64,000 nucleotides of DNA from NCBI GenBank assembly GCA_051294375.1, contig JBJCIZ010000408.1, positions 28,559-92,558 of the forward strand, written 5' to 3'. The number at the start of each line of letters is the position of its first letter. Positions within the stretch are counted from its first letter, which is position 1. This stretch comes from Paraspadella gotoi (taxonomy: Eukaryota > Animalia > Chaetognatha). The notes below the pieces were generated by a model, which was not told the origin of the DNA, did no database searches, and saw only the letters and a program-made list of their open reading frames with translations. Positions 38,401-53,100 of the stretch are shown here, piece by piece. A program made the translations under genes and the position numbers.

Positions 38401-38760
38401 GGGGAGGAGCACAAGTTTTTGGGCCTATATTCATTAGTTAGAGCTAATTTTCTACTTTAGAACGTCGAAAACCGCAGCCCTCTATCTTTTCTGAAACCGG
38501 AGATATAGAGGTTACCAATAAAATTTCTTTGAAAAATTCCTGGCGCCAAACTGATTGTCGGAGGTCATTCATTTTTTGGTTACAATATCCTCTCCTGAAT
38601 ATCTTGGTCCCATGCATCCCTTTTTTTAAAATTCCTACATCTTCATAGAAAAAAGTACAAAAGATTGAAATGACCAAATCTTGTGAACGCAAAAAAAAAT
38701 ATAAAAAAAATTATTTTCGCCAAAAGCGATGCTAAGGGACCTGGGAAATCGCCTAAATTA
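38401..38760 (+). mobile_element. TTAA-target non-autonomous element, left end (Kolobok-like)
   Basis: TTAA|GGGGAGGAGCACAAGT terminus; body repeated at ~20710-21085 and ~39343-39685; same terminus (19/20) on - at 58804-58823. Confidence 0.55.
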
Positions 38761-40562
38761 NNNNNNNNNNNNNNNNNNNNNNNNNAGGAGAATCGTTTAT
38801 AAAATGCAATTAGTCAATAAAAGCAAAATGAAATGAAAAGTTGAATTAAAAGTGTTTAAATAGAAATGGAGTTTAATGACATGAATTAAATGAAATTAAT
38901 TGAAATAAAATCATTGAATGAAATTAATTAGAATAAATGAATTAATTAAATGAATCGAATCTAAGATATTAAAAAATTTTATTATTTAAGAAAATATAGA
39001 AAAATTTAGGATAAATATAAATTGTATCGAGTAAATAAATTTAAAATTATGAACTGAATTCATATCAAATTGAACACCTAAAGAATATCTTCGGCGAATA
39101 CAGATTGTCGTTGAACATCGGCCGCGGCTGCACGTAGAGCGGCGCAAAGTCGCGAACCGGGGTCTCCTTGTTAGATGTTGGAATCGATCGTTGCATGAAT
39201 CTCGGTTGATGGAACGGGGTTTGGACGCACCGACGGAAGACGTCGAAGATATTCCGTCCCGTGGTATATTCCTAGAATTATTAAATTAAATTAGCATCAT
39301 TTTTCATCTCATATTTATTGTTATTAATTCATTTTCCACTAACAAGGTTTTGGGCCTATATTCATTAGTTAGAGCTAATTTTCTACTTTAGAACGTCGAA
39401 AACCGCAGCCCTCTATCTTTTCTGAAACGGAGATATAGAGGTTACCAATAAATTTCTTTGAAAAATTCCTGGCGCCAAACTGATTGTCGGAGGTCATTCA
39501 TTTTTTGGTTACAATATCCTCTCCTGAATATCTTGGTCCCATGCATCCCTTTTTTTAAAATTCTACATCTTCATAGAAAAAAGTACAAAAGATTGAAATG
39601 ACCAAATCTTGTGAACGCAAAAAAATATAAAAAAAAATTTTTTCGCCAAAAGCGATGCTAAGGACCTGGGAAATCGCCTAAATTATCTAATGAACAAGTC
39701 GCGCTATTTTTATCTTTCTTTGTTTTTTTTTATCTGAATTTTTTTCTTTCAAAAACTTTTTATTTGATTTTCGAAAACTTTTTCACAGTAAGGATATTTT
39801 TTTTCTTTGAATTTCAAGAAGGTTTTATTTTTTTTCTACTGCACTAAACAGAAAGCATAATGAAAGCGATCGCTACGCCATGGTACTCAGAAACAACAAA
39901 GAAAGTTGCGTAAAATCAATTGTACTCTTAATCCTACTTTTCGTCAAGAAAGTTTTAATTTTGATAAAATGAATTGGCGAAAGCAAGCGTTTGGAGAATA
40001 ATAACAAAACATGCAATGAGGAAAGTGAATCAACCACCAGTCAAGGTAGAGTAACAAACAAACAGATAATAAATAAGACCATGTAAAAATCGCCTTTGTA
40101 ATTGTAATCATCGAAGCCCTCTTGCCGTATGATGATCAGCGAATCAATATCTCTCTCTCGCTCTATCTCTCTCTCTCTGAGTGGCTATGATCACAGGATT
40201 GGATTCAAAAACGACGATAATTTGAACGATAAATTAATTGTTCGTTTTGGTTATAGTTAAGGTTAGTATTAGGGATACGATATTGAGAGCGCTCGACCCA
40301 GGATCGGGATCGACGGAAAGACGACGATATTTGAACGATGGCGGAAGCTAATGCGACAATGAGAGCGACAATTAAAGCAGCAAAGAGACGAGTTTGTGCG
40401 TCTGTTTGAGTCCGCTGCTTCAGGAGCGCAGCAAGGGGGCTTCGATGAAAAAAAATTCGCTTTAGCGATTTACTTTACCTTGAATTTTGGTATTTTTTTT
40501 TCTGTCATTTTTTTCCATCATTTTTTTCTCTTACTAGGAGCTTTTTATTCATTTTTTATTAA

Positions 40563-41320
40563 CAGCAAGTTGAAAAAGTATGCAATTTGAAAAAAGTATG
40601 CAAGTTGAAAAAATTATGCAAGTTAAAGAAATTATGCAAGTTGAAAAAATTATGCAAGTTAAAAATTATGCAAGTTGAAAAAATTATGAATCTAAAAATG
40701 ATTCAAGTAAAAATATAAGTTGAAAAATATGCAAGTTAAAAAATGCAAGTTGAAAAAATTTGCAAGTTGAAAAAATTATGCAAGTTGAAAAAATTATGCA
40801 AGTTGAAAAAATTATGCAAGTTGAAAAATTAGTGCAAGTTGAAAAAATTATGCAATTTGAAAAAATTATGCAAGTTGAAAAAATTATGCAAGTTGAAAAA
40901 ATTATGCAAGTTGAAAAAATTATGCAAGTTGAAAAAATTATGCAAGTTGAAAAAATTATGCAAGTTGAAAAATATGCAAGTTGAAAATTAATGCAAGTAA
41001 AAATTATGCAAGTTGAAAAAATTATGCAAGTTGAAAAATTATGCAAGTTGAAAAAATTATGCAAGTTGAAAAATATATAGCAAAAAATTAAGTTAAAAAA
41101 TATGCAAGTTAAAAAATTATGAAAGTTAAAAAATACAAGTTAAAAAATGACAATAAAAAAATGATGCAAGTTAAAAAAATGATGCAAGTTGAAAAAAATC
41201 AAGTAAAAAAATATGCAAGTTAGAAAAATGATGCAAGTTAAAAAAATGATGAAGTTGAAAAAAATACAAGTAAAAAATATGCAAGTTAAAAAATAAAGTA
41301 GAAAAAATGATGCAAGTTAA
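40563..41320 (+). repeat. 18-bp minisatellite TGCAAGTTGAAAAAATTA
   Basis: Homogeneous tandem units; source of the (MQVEKI)n and (FSTCII)n ORFs. Confidence 0.95.
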
Positions 41321-43682
41321 GAAAAATGAAAAAATAAAAAAATAATGAAGTTAATACAAATTAAAGATATAAGTAAAAATATTGATGCAAATTAAAAAAA
41401 TTATTATTAGTGCTACAGTAACTGTTTAATTTAAGCCCTTGAAAGCGATTTACATGTTGGTGCGCAGCCACTGGTTAATTATTTGATCACATCTTGCATT
41501 TTTGGCAACTGAAAATGATAATGCGTTGACGACAATGATAACACGCGTTACTGAATGAATTAATTAATTGATTGAATTGATTGATTTAGGCAGATACGGC
41601 TATAAAAAGTTCCGAGTTTTCACCTCCATCTCCGCCTCTCAAAAAAGGGTTCGTCAACGAGAGACCAAACATCAGATTTTCTTTAATTTGAATGAAATGA
41701 AAAGAAATGAAACAGAAGCAAAATTCTTTTTATTTTTTCTCAGACAAGCTCAAATTTTAATCTTCCTCATGAATACATGGAAGCACAGTCAAATTAAGTC
41801 TACTACCATGGATCTATCAATATTATCCGAGGTAAATTTCAATTTGGCAAACGGGATTGATATATATATATTGTAGCAGTTAGTATTATTTATATATATA
41901 TATATATAATTCATTTAATCCAAATCTTTAGAGATTGGTAAGTTTTGATTTTTCAACTAATTTTATTATTTCGCATGACGGGCAAAGCCCGTCTTGGAGA
42001 GATAAAGTGAAGGCCAGGCTCTTCTTGTGACGTTGTGTCGTCGTCGTCGTCACGCTTTTTTTGCAATCGTTAATTAAATTTTGAATTATATTATTATATT
42101 AATTATTATTTAATTACCGATAATTATATAATTCTAAGTTAATTATTAATTAATTAGGCAATTAATTAATTAATTTAATCTCAAATGTTTGTTTTTAGGT
42201 CTTTTCATCACTAACATGACAAAAGCAATGACGACGATGAGAATAATGCCGATAAGATTGACTTGATTGATTGACTGATTAATTAATTATTAATTTTGAT
42301 AATTATTAACTGATTAATTATTATTTATTAATACATCCTGCATTTACATTTAATATAAAAGCGACGCAAGTTTGAGCAAACAGATGTCGATCTGCCTACG
42401 ATAATTTAATTAAGTTAAATATTAATTAATCATTAATGTTAAGTTAATTTAATTAATCATTACATTAATGTAATAATTAATTTTAAATTGTATTATTCAA
42501 CTTATCATCATCGGAGTCCTTAAATTTGGGTTAGGACAGTTATTAAATATGTTTTGGTTGCATTTTATCGAAACAAACAAATATCCTTATTTTATTTGTA
42601 TGTTTCCCTTGTCTCTCTCCACTCTCACTCTCTCTGCCTCTCTCTCTCTGCTTTTTTATGCAATTGGCGCGATCATTTAATGCTTTAGATTTTTTTAAGC
42701 TTGCATCAATTTTTTCACATTTCTAATGAACAAGTCGCGCTATTTTTATCTTTCTTTGTTTTTTTTATCTGAATTTTTTTCATTTCAAAAACTTTTTATT
42801 TGATTTTCGAAAACTTTTTCACAGTAAGGATATTTTTTTTCTTTGAATTTCAAGAAGGTTTTTATTTTTTGTTCTACTGCACTAAACAAGAAAGCATAAT
42901 GAAAGCGATCGGCTACGCCATGGATACTCAGAAACAACAAAGGAAAGTTGTCGTAAAAATCAATTGTACCATCTTAATCCTACTTTTCGTCAAGAAAAGT
43001 TTTAAATTTTGATAAAAAAAAAATGAATTGGCGAAAGCAAGCGTTTGGAGAATAATAACAAAACATGCAATGAGGAAAGTGAATCAACCACCAGTCAAGG
43101 TAGATAACAAACAAACAGATAATAAATAAGACCATGTAAAAAATCGCCTTTGTAATTGTAATCATCGAAGCCCTCTTGCCGTATGACTGATCAGCGAATC
43201 AATATCTCTCTCTCGCTCTATCTCTCTCTCTGAGATCCGGATTGACAAAAACGACGATAATTTGAAGATAAATTAATTGTTTACAGTTTTGGTTATAGTT
43301 AAGGTTAGATTAGGGGATAGATATTTAGGTTAAGGACTTGCGTGGTTTTTCCAAAGCTATTTTGCAAAAAAAAATTCCTGCTTTCTGGGTGACTCAGCAA
43401 GAGAAAGAATTAAGCCTCCGACAGGATCGGGATCGACGGAAACGACGACGATAATTTGAACGATGGCGGAAGCTAATGCGACAATAGAGCGACAATTGAA
43501 GCAGCAAAAGAGACGAGTTTTGTGCGTCTGTTTGAGTCCGCTGCTTCAGGAGCCGCAGCAAGGGGGCTTCGATGAAAAAAAAAATCGCTTTAGCGATTTA
43601 CTTTACTTGAATTTTGGTCATTTTTTTTCTGTCATTTTTTTCATCATTTTTCTTCTCTTACTAGGAGCTTTTTATTATTAAC

Positions 43683-44530
43683 AGCAAGTTGAAAAAGTAT
43701 GCAAGTTGAAAAAATTATTGAAAGTTGAAAAAATTATGCAAGTTGAAAAAATTATGCAAGTTGAAAAATTATGAGTGAAAAAATTATGCAAGTTGAAAAA
43801 ATATGCAAGTTGAAAATATGCAAGTTGAAAAATATGCAGTTGAAAAAATATAGAAGTTGAAAAAATATGCAAGTTGAAAAAATAAGTTGAAAAAATATAG
43901 AGTTGAAAAAATATGCAAGTTGAAAAAATATGCAAGTTGAAAAAAAATAGAAAAAATTGCAAGTTAAAAAATGATGCAAGTTTAAAAAATGATGCAAGTT
44001 TAAAAATGATGCAAGTTAAAAAATATGCAAGTTGAAAAAATTATGCGATTGAAAAAATTATTAAGTTGAAAAAATTATGCAAGTTGAAAAAATTATGCAA
44101 GTTGAAAAATATATAAGTAAAAAAAATTGCAAAGTTTAAAAAATGATGCAAAGTTTAAAAAATGATGCAAGTTTAAAAAAATGATGCAAGTTTAAAAAAT
44201 TATGCAAGTTAAAATTATGCAAGTTGAAAAAAATTATGCAAGTTGAAAAATTATGCAAGTTGAAAAAAATTATGCAAGTTGAAAAAATAAATTATGCAAG
44301 TTGAAAAAATTATGCAAGTTTGAAAAAAATTATGCAAGTTGAAAAAATGATATAAGGTAAAAAAAAATTGCAAGTTTAAAAATGATGCAAGTTTAAAAAA
44401 TGATTGCAAGTTAAAAAATGATGCAAGTTGAAAAAAATTATCAGATTTGAAAAATTATACGATGAGTCTGAAAAAAAATAATGCAAGTTAAAAAGATGAC
44501 GCAAGTAGAAAAAATGATGCAAGTTAAGAA
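43683..44530 (+). repeat. 18-bp minisatellite TGCAAGTTGAAAAAATTA
   Basis: Third array, alternating ATTA- and ATGA-type blocks. Confidence 0.95.
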
Positions 44531-45664
44531 AATGAAAAAATAAAAAAATAATGAAGTTAAAAAATAATACAAATTAAAAAAAAGATATAAGTAAAAATAT
44601 TGATGCAAATTAAAAAAATTATTATTAGTGCTACAGTAACTGTTTAATTTAAGCCCTTGAAAGCGATTTACATGTGGTGGCGCAGCCACTGGTTAATTAT
44701 TTGATCACATCTTGCATTTTTGGCAATGAAAATGATAATGGCGTTGACGACAATGATAACAGCGTTACTGAATGATTAATTAATTGATTGATTGATTGAT
44801 TTAGGCAGATACGGCTATAAAAAGATTCCGAGTTTTCACCTCCATCTCCGCCTCTCAAAAAAGGGTTCCGTCAACGAGGACACCAAACATCAGATTTCTT
44901 TTAATTTGAATGAAATGAAAAGAAATGAAACAGAAGCAAATTCTTTTTATTTTTTTCTCAGACAAGCTCGAAATTTTAATCTCCTCATGAAATCATGGAA
45001 GCACAGTCAAATTAAGTCTACTACCATAGATCTATCAATATTATCCGAGGTAAATTTCAATTTGGCAAACGGGATTGATATATATATATTGTAGCAGTAG
45101 TATTATTTTATATATATATATATATTCATTTAATCCAAATCTTTAGAGATTGGGTAAGTTTTGATTTTTCAACTAATTTTATTATCTCGCATGACTGGGC
45201 AAAGCCCGTCTTGGAGAGATAAAGTGAAGGCCAGGCTTCTTTGTGACGTTGTAGTCGTCGTCGTCGTCACGCTTTTTTGCAATCGTTAATTAATTTGAAT
45301 TATTTATTTATTAATTCATTATTTAATTACCGATAATTATATAATTCAAGTTAATTAATTAATTAATTAGGCAATTAATTAATTAATTTAATCTCAAATG
45401 TTTGTTTTTAGGTCTTTTCATCACTAACCATGACAAAAGCAATGACGACGATGAGAATAATGCCGATAAAGATTGACTTGATTGATTGACTGATTAATTA
45501 ATTATTAATTTTTTGATTAATTGATTAACTGATTAATTATTTGATTTATTAATACATCCTGCATTTACATTTAATATAAAAGGAAAAAGAAGCATAATCA
45601 ATTAGTGAAACAGGTTTTTTTTTCCATTTAAACTCATTTCCACTCTACCGATTCCATCGAAACT

Positions 45665-45930
45665 AGTCACGTGGAATAATGGATCTTGGAGAAGGAAGAG
45701 AACATTTTTTAAGTCACGTGAGTCATAGATGGCTCATTTTGAAGCGAATGGTCATTGATGGTCATATCTTAAAGTCACGTGGATAATGGATCTTGGAGAA
45801 GGAAGAGAACATTCGTTAAGTCACGTCAGTCATAGGAGGTCATTTTGAAAGTCGAATGGCACTTGATGATCACGTGGATCTTGGAGAAGGAAGAGAAGTT
45901 CTTCAAATTGGCGTGGAAGTCACGAGGTTA
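45665..45930. repeat. ~109-bp tandem repeat rich in GTCACGTG
   Basis: GGATCTTGGAGAAGGAAGAGAA three times; same array at ~60448-60770, where units start at 60501 and 60610. Confidence 0.85.
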
Positions 45931-45949
45931 ATGTGTGATCAGATACGGG

Positions 45950-47400
45950 TGGAGTAGAGGTTGGTCGAGATAAAAATGGCGAACAAAATGAGATGAATCG
46001 ATTTATTGAAATCAAGAAAAGCGAATGAATTCGAATTGGCTAATTGTACAAAGTGGCATTCATTTTTATATGGCGAGAGAGAAAAATTTGGTTTACATTT
46101 GTAAAGTAAACAATTCTAAAAATACTTCCAAATAAAGGTAACGTTTTGCGACCGGCGTAGAACAGAGGGAGCAAAAATATTCTTAGCGGGCATTGGAATT
46201 TTAAAGAATTCGGCCGGCTATTTTATTTACTTTCTTACTAATAATAATAATCAGGATCTCCACTCGGCCACGCACCAAAGAAAGCAAATAAATGAGTATC
46301 AAATTAAAGCAAATAAAATTAAATTAAAAAAATGGCCATGTTTATAAAATAAAAGTACAAATCACAAGTAACTTCTTTTTTGGCCAGTAAACTAAATAAT
46401 GCGAAAAAATACCAAAATGAAATTTTAATAATAATTTAGCAAATATAAGGGTAGCGTTGGTAAATCACACATGAAAATTCAAATTACGAAGTTCTGAATT
46501 TTATGAATCACGAAAGACATCCAGTTTTGTGCCATGAAGTTGATAGCACCCATAGAAACACAGTGAACAGCACAAAACGATGAGCACACATTTAGACTTT
46601 GAAAAGAGTGATGACGTAGCACGTGACGCAGATCCTCTGTGGCGATAGGAGGCTAACCAGGCTTATTTCTCCAGTACACGTATAGTGACTACTGGTGGCA
46701 TGTTGCCGCAACAACGCAAACATGATCCACTGGATCTCAATCATCTCCCCTCTCATCGCCGATCTACATGGCATTATTGCGTCCAAACTTGCTCATAGAA
46801 CGTGACGCTGATGACCCAATAGATGACAACTATTTCATACGCAAAAATTTGATGTCGTTTTCAGTTGCAGAGACTTTAACGAAGCAGTGAGAAACGTTAG
46901 TCCAAATTTCGCATATCACTCAGTGACACAAAAAAAACAACCCATTTTAAGTGTCGTTTGCCGATGACGTTTTTCTCATTTCATTCAAAAAGTCCCAATG
47001 CCAAAAGATTCATCTTTTGCCATTTCTCAGACGCATCTTCTTTGTAGGATGTAATCCCACCAATTAGGTGGGACCCAAGCTGCCAATCAAGTGGAGGTGG
47101 TCGAGATAAAAATGAGACGAACAAATGAGATGAATCGATTTATTGAAATCAGAAAAAGACGAATGGAATCGAATTGGCTAATTGTACAAAGTGGCATTCA
47201 TTTTTATATGGCGAGAGAGAGAAAAATTTGGTTTACATTTGTAAAGTAAAAATTCTAAAAATACTTCCAAATAAGGTAACGTTTTGCGAACCGGCGTTTG
47301 ACAGAGGGAGCAAAATATTTCTTAGCGGGCATTGGATATTTTTTAAAGAATTCGGCGGCTATTAATTTACTTTCATATTAATAATAATAATCAGGACTCC
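45950..47400 (+). repeat. ~310-bp direct repeats (45950-46260 and 47090-47400) flanking an ~830-bp unique segment
   Basis: GGTCGAGATAAAAATG...TAATAATAATCAGGA occurs twice here; only one copy is present in the duplicate locus at ~60790-61140. Confidence 0.85.
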
Positions 47401-50140
47401 AACTGTGGATGTGATGAAAAGATTGAGCGATGGAACAATGTTTTTTTGCTGCCTTGTTATATGTTAATAAAAATAATTAAGCCCTTTTTCAAAAAAAGAT
47501 TTCAATAAAGTATCATTAATTGAATTTTTTTTATAGTAATATCTTATAAAATCATAAAATTTCAAAATCATATTTCTTTTAATTTTAAGAACAGTTTTGG
47601 ATTCGCCGGAAAAAACTGAAAAACTTTTGTAAAATATGTTCTACATGATATTTTTAGGTTAAAGCTGCAAAAAAATTACAAAACGTTTCATCATATAATA
47701 GTTTTTACTACAAAGTGTAAAAAGTGGAGAATTTGATCATTTTTTTTCCATTTTTGAGCTGGAAGACATTAAAATTTCTAATAACATATTTTATATTTTT
47801 GATCTAACTTTTATAAAGAATCGAATCTTTATAAAAATTTAAAAAAAATTATTTTGAAAATTTATGATTTTATAAGAATATTACTATAAATATATTGTAA
47901 TTATGATACTGTTCCTCATAACCAATATAAGCAAAATATTTTTTTGTACTCCTTAATCATACTATCTCACTCTAATATCCTTGTTTGATCACTCAAATAA
48001 AATTTATGTTCCCCATGCTCCACTCTAGTGATCAGTCCTTTGAGATTGACTTGGAGGGATAAAAGGTGAAAGAAATATCGATCACTCGCAAAAAAAAATG
48101 GAAGGAGCTATTTTTTTCTCCACGTGCAATGAATAGTGTAGAATTATAGTTTGGCACTAAAATCAATCAAACTTGAAATGCAAAATCAAATGGAGGTTAA
48201 AAATTTTAAAAGAAGAAATAAAGATATAACGAAAAGAACTTATAGGAAGACACAAAGTTCGTCTGATGGAAATTCAAAAAATGGAAAATGAAAAATGAAC
48301 TTTGGAAGAAGATTGGTGAGTACAGGAAATAAAAGTAAAATTTAATAGACTACGTGAAAATAATAGTTAAATGCTCTCAAAAGATGATTTGCTATGGATG
48401 TTTGTTCGTTCTTGTGTTTGTAATATTCTTTTTCGTAGATAATGCAAATGTTGCCCTTGAAAATTTAGGAGCTTTAAATAAACTCTTACAAGATGTAAGG
48501 GAAAAGAATTAATTTCACAATATAATTTCACAGGAATGCGTTTTTGGCACAAGATAATGCATTTAATGAAGCTTCAAAGTAAATCCGTTAACAGGAGAGA
48601 TGGAGAAGGAATCACCAAGAAGTTTTAATAAAGATATGTGAGAACTATTTTGAATGAAATTCGTGCTGTTTGATTTTTGACACTATGTCGCGGTGCACAG
48701 TTCGTGGAAAAGTTTATTCACGCTATTCTCATGCAAATTTTTTACCTTGTGACCAAAATTTTTGCTCTGTCTGATTACTAAATATGCTTATATTTCGAAC
48801 GAACATAGGCTCTCTGGGAAGATGGGTATCTAGCTAAGTAGGTACTAACTAGTCTCTCATCAGGGAAAAGAGGTAAGAAGTGGTAATGTATGTAATGGTA
48901 ATAGAAAACAGATATAACAAAGGTATCAAGGAGTACATAAAGGTCTCTCCCCAAGGTTTAAACCTTCCCGCAGATTAAGTTTCCCTGCTCTACCGACTAA
49001 CTGGCTAACCGGCAAACCTCCCAACCCCCTAATTTTTTTCTTCCATCTTTCCTAATCTTAATTTTTTCATACTTAATGTTTTTCTTATCTTCCTCGGCGC
49101 CGCAATTAAAATAAAATTTCAACTCTCCCTCAATCATTTCACAAAAAAATTTCCCTGCATTGCAGCCAAAACACGTTAAAAAAAATTGTTTCTTCAAACT
49201 CAACGCCAAAGGAAAAAATACGAATAAGAACCACGCTCATCTCACACAAACAAGTAAGATCACTAATTCGCCTTTTTATTTTTAGCTAATCCGGGGACAT
49301 TTAGTGTTGTACTGTAACACAATAAAATTGTAATATTTCTCCCCTTTTGCAAGATTAATCCGGACATTAATGTAATTTTTTTTCTCTCAGTATTTTTTCC
49401 TTACTATTTTACTATCTCACCTCACTAAAATTCAATTTTGATAGTTTCGATTTTATTTCTATTTTTGCTTCACTGTTAATTTTAACTTTACATCTGCCTC
49501 ACTGTCTACCCGCACATTATTTCAACTTTAATTTTATCCGTTTCTTGTATTCTTACTAATTCCATTACTCAAACTCAATTATTCGCTTTAATTTCACTAT
49601 TTCACTCAACTATTTCCATTTCATACGTTTGTGTATTTTTACAACCCCATGCTTTTCTATAATTCACTATTTCAACTCTCCCCATTACTAGTTTTAACTC
49701 ACCATTTCCGACTTACTGATTCACGATTGCATGATTTTCATTGATTCACAAGTTTTTTCACTCACTTTTCGAATTTTTGTTTACTATTTCAACGCACAAT
49801 TTCTATCTTATACTCTAAGAAAATACATCCCTCTCTCTTTACTTACCCTATCATCCTTCACCACCTCTTTGCTACCTCCCCCTCTCTCTCATCGATAGTT
49901 CGGATCACGCAATTCTTTTACTAACCCTCCCCTCCTTGACCCGTGAGCGATCTCTTGATCTCAGCATCTCTTTCTCTTTCTTCTTCCGGATCCTCTTCTT
50001 TCTCTCATTTACTCCAAGCCTTTTTTCCTCAGTCCATTCTCACTCAGAGAGAACAGATCTGCGCAGAGAGGGAATGTCCATGTCTGACTCAAACGCGACT
50101 CTCTCCACCGCCTCTGCCCCTCACTGGGCCCCTCACTGTG
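47090..50140 (+). repeat. ~3-kb direct duplication (second copy ~60790-64000, runs off the window)
   Basis: Colinear high similarity with mostly indel differences. Confidence 0.92.
47508..47911. mobile_element. MITE with ~70-bp imperfect TIRs
   Basis: AGTATCATTAATT...TTATAGTAATATCTTATAAAATCATAAAATTTCAAAAT pairs with ATTTTGAAAATTTATGATTTTATAAGAATATTACTATAA...ATGATACTG; copy at ~61262-61685 with CAGT...ACTG ends. Confidence 0.65.
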
Positions 50141-53100
50141 CCTCACCCTCTCTCTCCCATTTTTTCGACTTCCAAACCCAAAAAAAAAGTCGTTGACCTC
50201 TCCCTTCTCATTCTCTCTCTGGACTTTGTCGTCACGTGATCAGGCATCGCTCCTCTCGCCTTCTTGAATGTTTCGTCCTCTCTCCTCTCTCTCTCTCTCT
50301 CTCTTTTTCTTTTTTTCTCTCTCTCCACGGTCAAAATCTCTCTCTTGCTTTTTGCTGATACACTTCACGTCGTACGCGACTTAGGCCATCGCGAGAAACA
50401 AAAATACCAGAATCTACTGCTGTATCCCTCTGCCCTTGAAAAGTTCTCTGGCCGCTGAGTTTGCGACCCCCCTCTCTCTCTCTCTTCTCCCTCTCTCTTT
50501 CTCTCTCTCTCTCTCCTCTCTCTCTCTTTTTCTCCCTTTTCTTGTTGAAAATGCCATGATGAATTTCCCTCCTTTGGGCTCTTCTCGTCTATTGTCAATA
50601 GTAAACAATGTCATATTCCAAATACCTGACATTACATCTTCATGGGATAAGTCAGTTTTTTTCAATATTTGATTAGAAAAGACAATGAAAGTGAAGGGTG
50701 AAAATGAAAAATGTTCAGAGAAAAACGCCCATATCTCTTGCAAATCAAAGGCTCGAGAAAAACAGGCGGTTTTATGCACACAATTCAAATTCAGTTAGAA
50801 CCGAGCAAAAGCGAAAGAGTTTCCTTTTTAAGGCCACAAAGAGAAGAAAAAAGAAAAAGCGGAAGAATATATAAGATTGCTATTTTTGAAATTAATAACT
50901 AAATATTACCACATTAAAGTCCTATCAAAGAGCCGAAGTCGACAAGCGAAGCTAGAGTCCTAGAAGGGGTCAGAATCTTGCTGGAAAAAAGCTTACTTTC
51001 TGCCAATGCCTACCAAAATACCCTTAAATAATTCAGTAAAGTAAGTTGACTAGACAAAGAAGAGACGAAGAAAGACGCAAGTCTGGGTGGGGGAGGCGTG
51101 TACCAACGGTCTTTTAGAGTACAACCCTGCCCACAACGCACGGTCCTCTCCTCCTACATCCCTCACGCAATAGCACCCCTCTGACCTCCACCCAGTGCCG
51201 ATAAAGACAAGAGACATCCCTGACCTGTATAGAAAACTCACGAAAAGCCGCCACACGCAGCAAGCACAACCGGCAACTACTCTAACAACACCGGCACTTC
51301 CCAAATCCAATTCACAGCCATAAGCCCCTACCGCAGTAGAGAAGTTGCCGAACCGGTTTCACCCTGTAGTCTTTCCATATTACAACTCTAGAAAAGAACA
51401 CCTGTACTAATAATAATTCTCTCTCCCGTGAGCGTCAACTCTCAACTCTTTTTGAAATTGCAACATTATACCGTGCGTCTATTCTTAATGGAGCACCATG
51501 CATTGCCAATTCAGCCATCATTTCACCTCTGCTCCTCCGAATCTGCTTCTGCATCCTTCCATCATTCTCAATCCTTCTTCACCCACCTATCGTCGATATC
51601 CGCCCCCTCTGCCCTCTCCTCTATACTCCGCGCGTGTCCACCGACTCTTAGATCACGATCAACATGTGAAAGGTAGGCTCTTGAGTGTTTGCGTCCGTAA
51701 TAAATTCAATGCAGCACCAATTTAAGATTGATCTACTATGTGACGCCGCACCGCGCCATCATCCCCGAAGGCAGATGTCTTATAACCTTATAGGGTAAGG
51801 AAAGCTACACACAAGACCGATGAGTGTGTGCCACGAAGAGGATTGGGGGATAATGTTTCCTTCATAATATCATTCCTCTGTCTCTATTTGATTGTCCCTT
51901 GCCTTCTTTCAGTCCCCGGGGGGAGACCACCGCCCACTCCCCCCCAAAAATATTGTGTGGTAAATATTCTCTATATATAACTTTCAGAATAGGTCTAAAA
52001 AATAAATATACCCAACATGTCAAAGTCAGAAAGTCTCCTCCAAATGATGCTGCCAAGCTTACGCCGCAGTCAGCAACAAATTGAAGGAAAACGACAAAGA
52101 GCCATGGGATCTTGACAAGAAAAATACATGGAAACTAGGGGTGAAAGAAGACTCTCAGTTAGAATCAGGCAGGTGTAGTCTGCAAGCGACACTCAACTTT
52201 AACCGGCCATCCGAACCTGCGCGGTATATATATGAGCTTCTTCTCCTTATTCAGGGATCACGCAATCTGCAACCTTCCAAGCTCAACACACAGACAACAC
52301 AATGAAGCCAGAAGAGGACATCATCACATAAATGTAAAACATTAAAAATACTCTTTTATGTATTATACTACTCTCAGGGTATCTAATCAGGTCAATGTGT
52401 GTATACAATAGTTCCTGTTTTTCATGTGGAATAAAATAGCAATTACCTCTCCACCGCCTCTTCTCCTCTTCTCCCCCCCCCCCCAATTTGTTACCTTTGG
52501 GTTTTTTTTCCTTTCCCCAAAAAAAAAAAATTCGACAAAAAAACTAAATTATACTTAAACCAAATTACAATGGAGAGAGTCTGAAAAAAAAAATGTTCAT
52601 ACAAAATCTTTAATATTTTTTGATACAACGAAAATAATTCACAATAGAGGAGAGAAAAAAATTAGGAATCTTTGAGAAGAAGAAAAATAAAACAAAAGCG
52701 ACAAAAAAAATTCACCACACCCGTCTTGGATCCACCCGACACACCACTTCCGCCAATGCTCACTTGGCCCCGCTGACGACATTCACCCCACTCTGAAGCT
52801 GACGAAACCCACCATTTCGCACAAGTAAAATCCTCTCCCACGTGAGTCGCCATCCACCTGATCACCACAACTCTTACTGATGTGCAATACCTACTACTTC
52901 TCACTTCAGCCCTAACACAGCCCGCTAGTGGACCCAACAGCAGGAAAGGCCCGACACAAAACGGGAACGTAGTTAAAAACAGCTCTAACTTATGAACATG
53001 TATAGTTTATTGATATTTTACTCCTTCTTTGTATATCTTCTAAATCAATTATTACAATGTATTTATGCATCATAATTGCTTCTTCTATCACCACATTGTC

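Noticed and set aside
40684-41064. (MQVEKI)n / (FSTCII)n repeat proteins
   Set aside because: Translation shadows of an 18-bp satellite; the frame is broken repeatedly in all arrays
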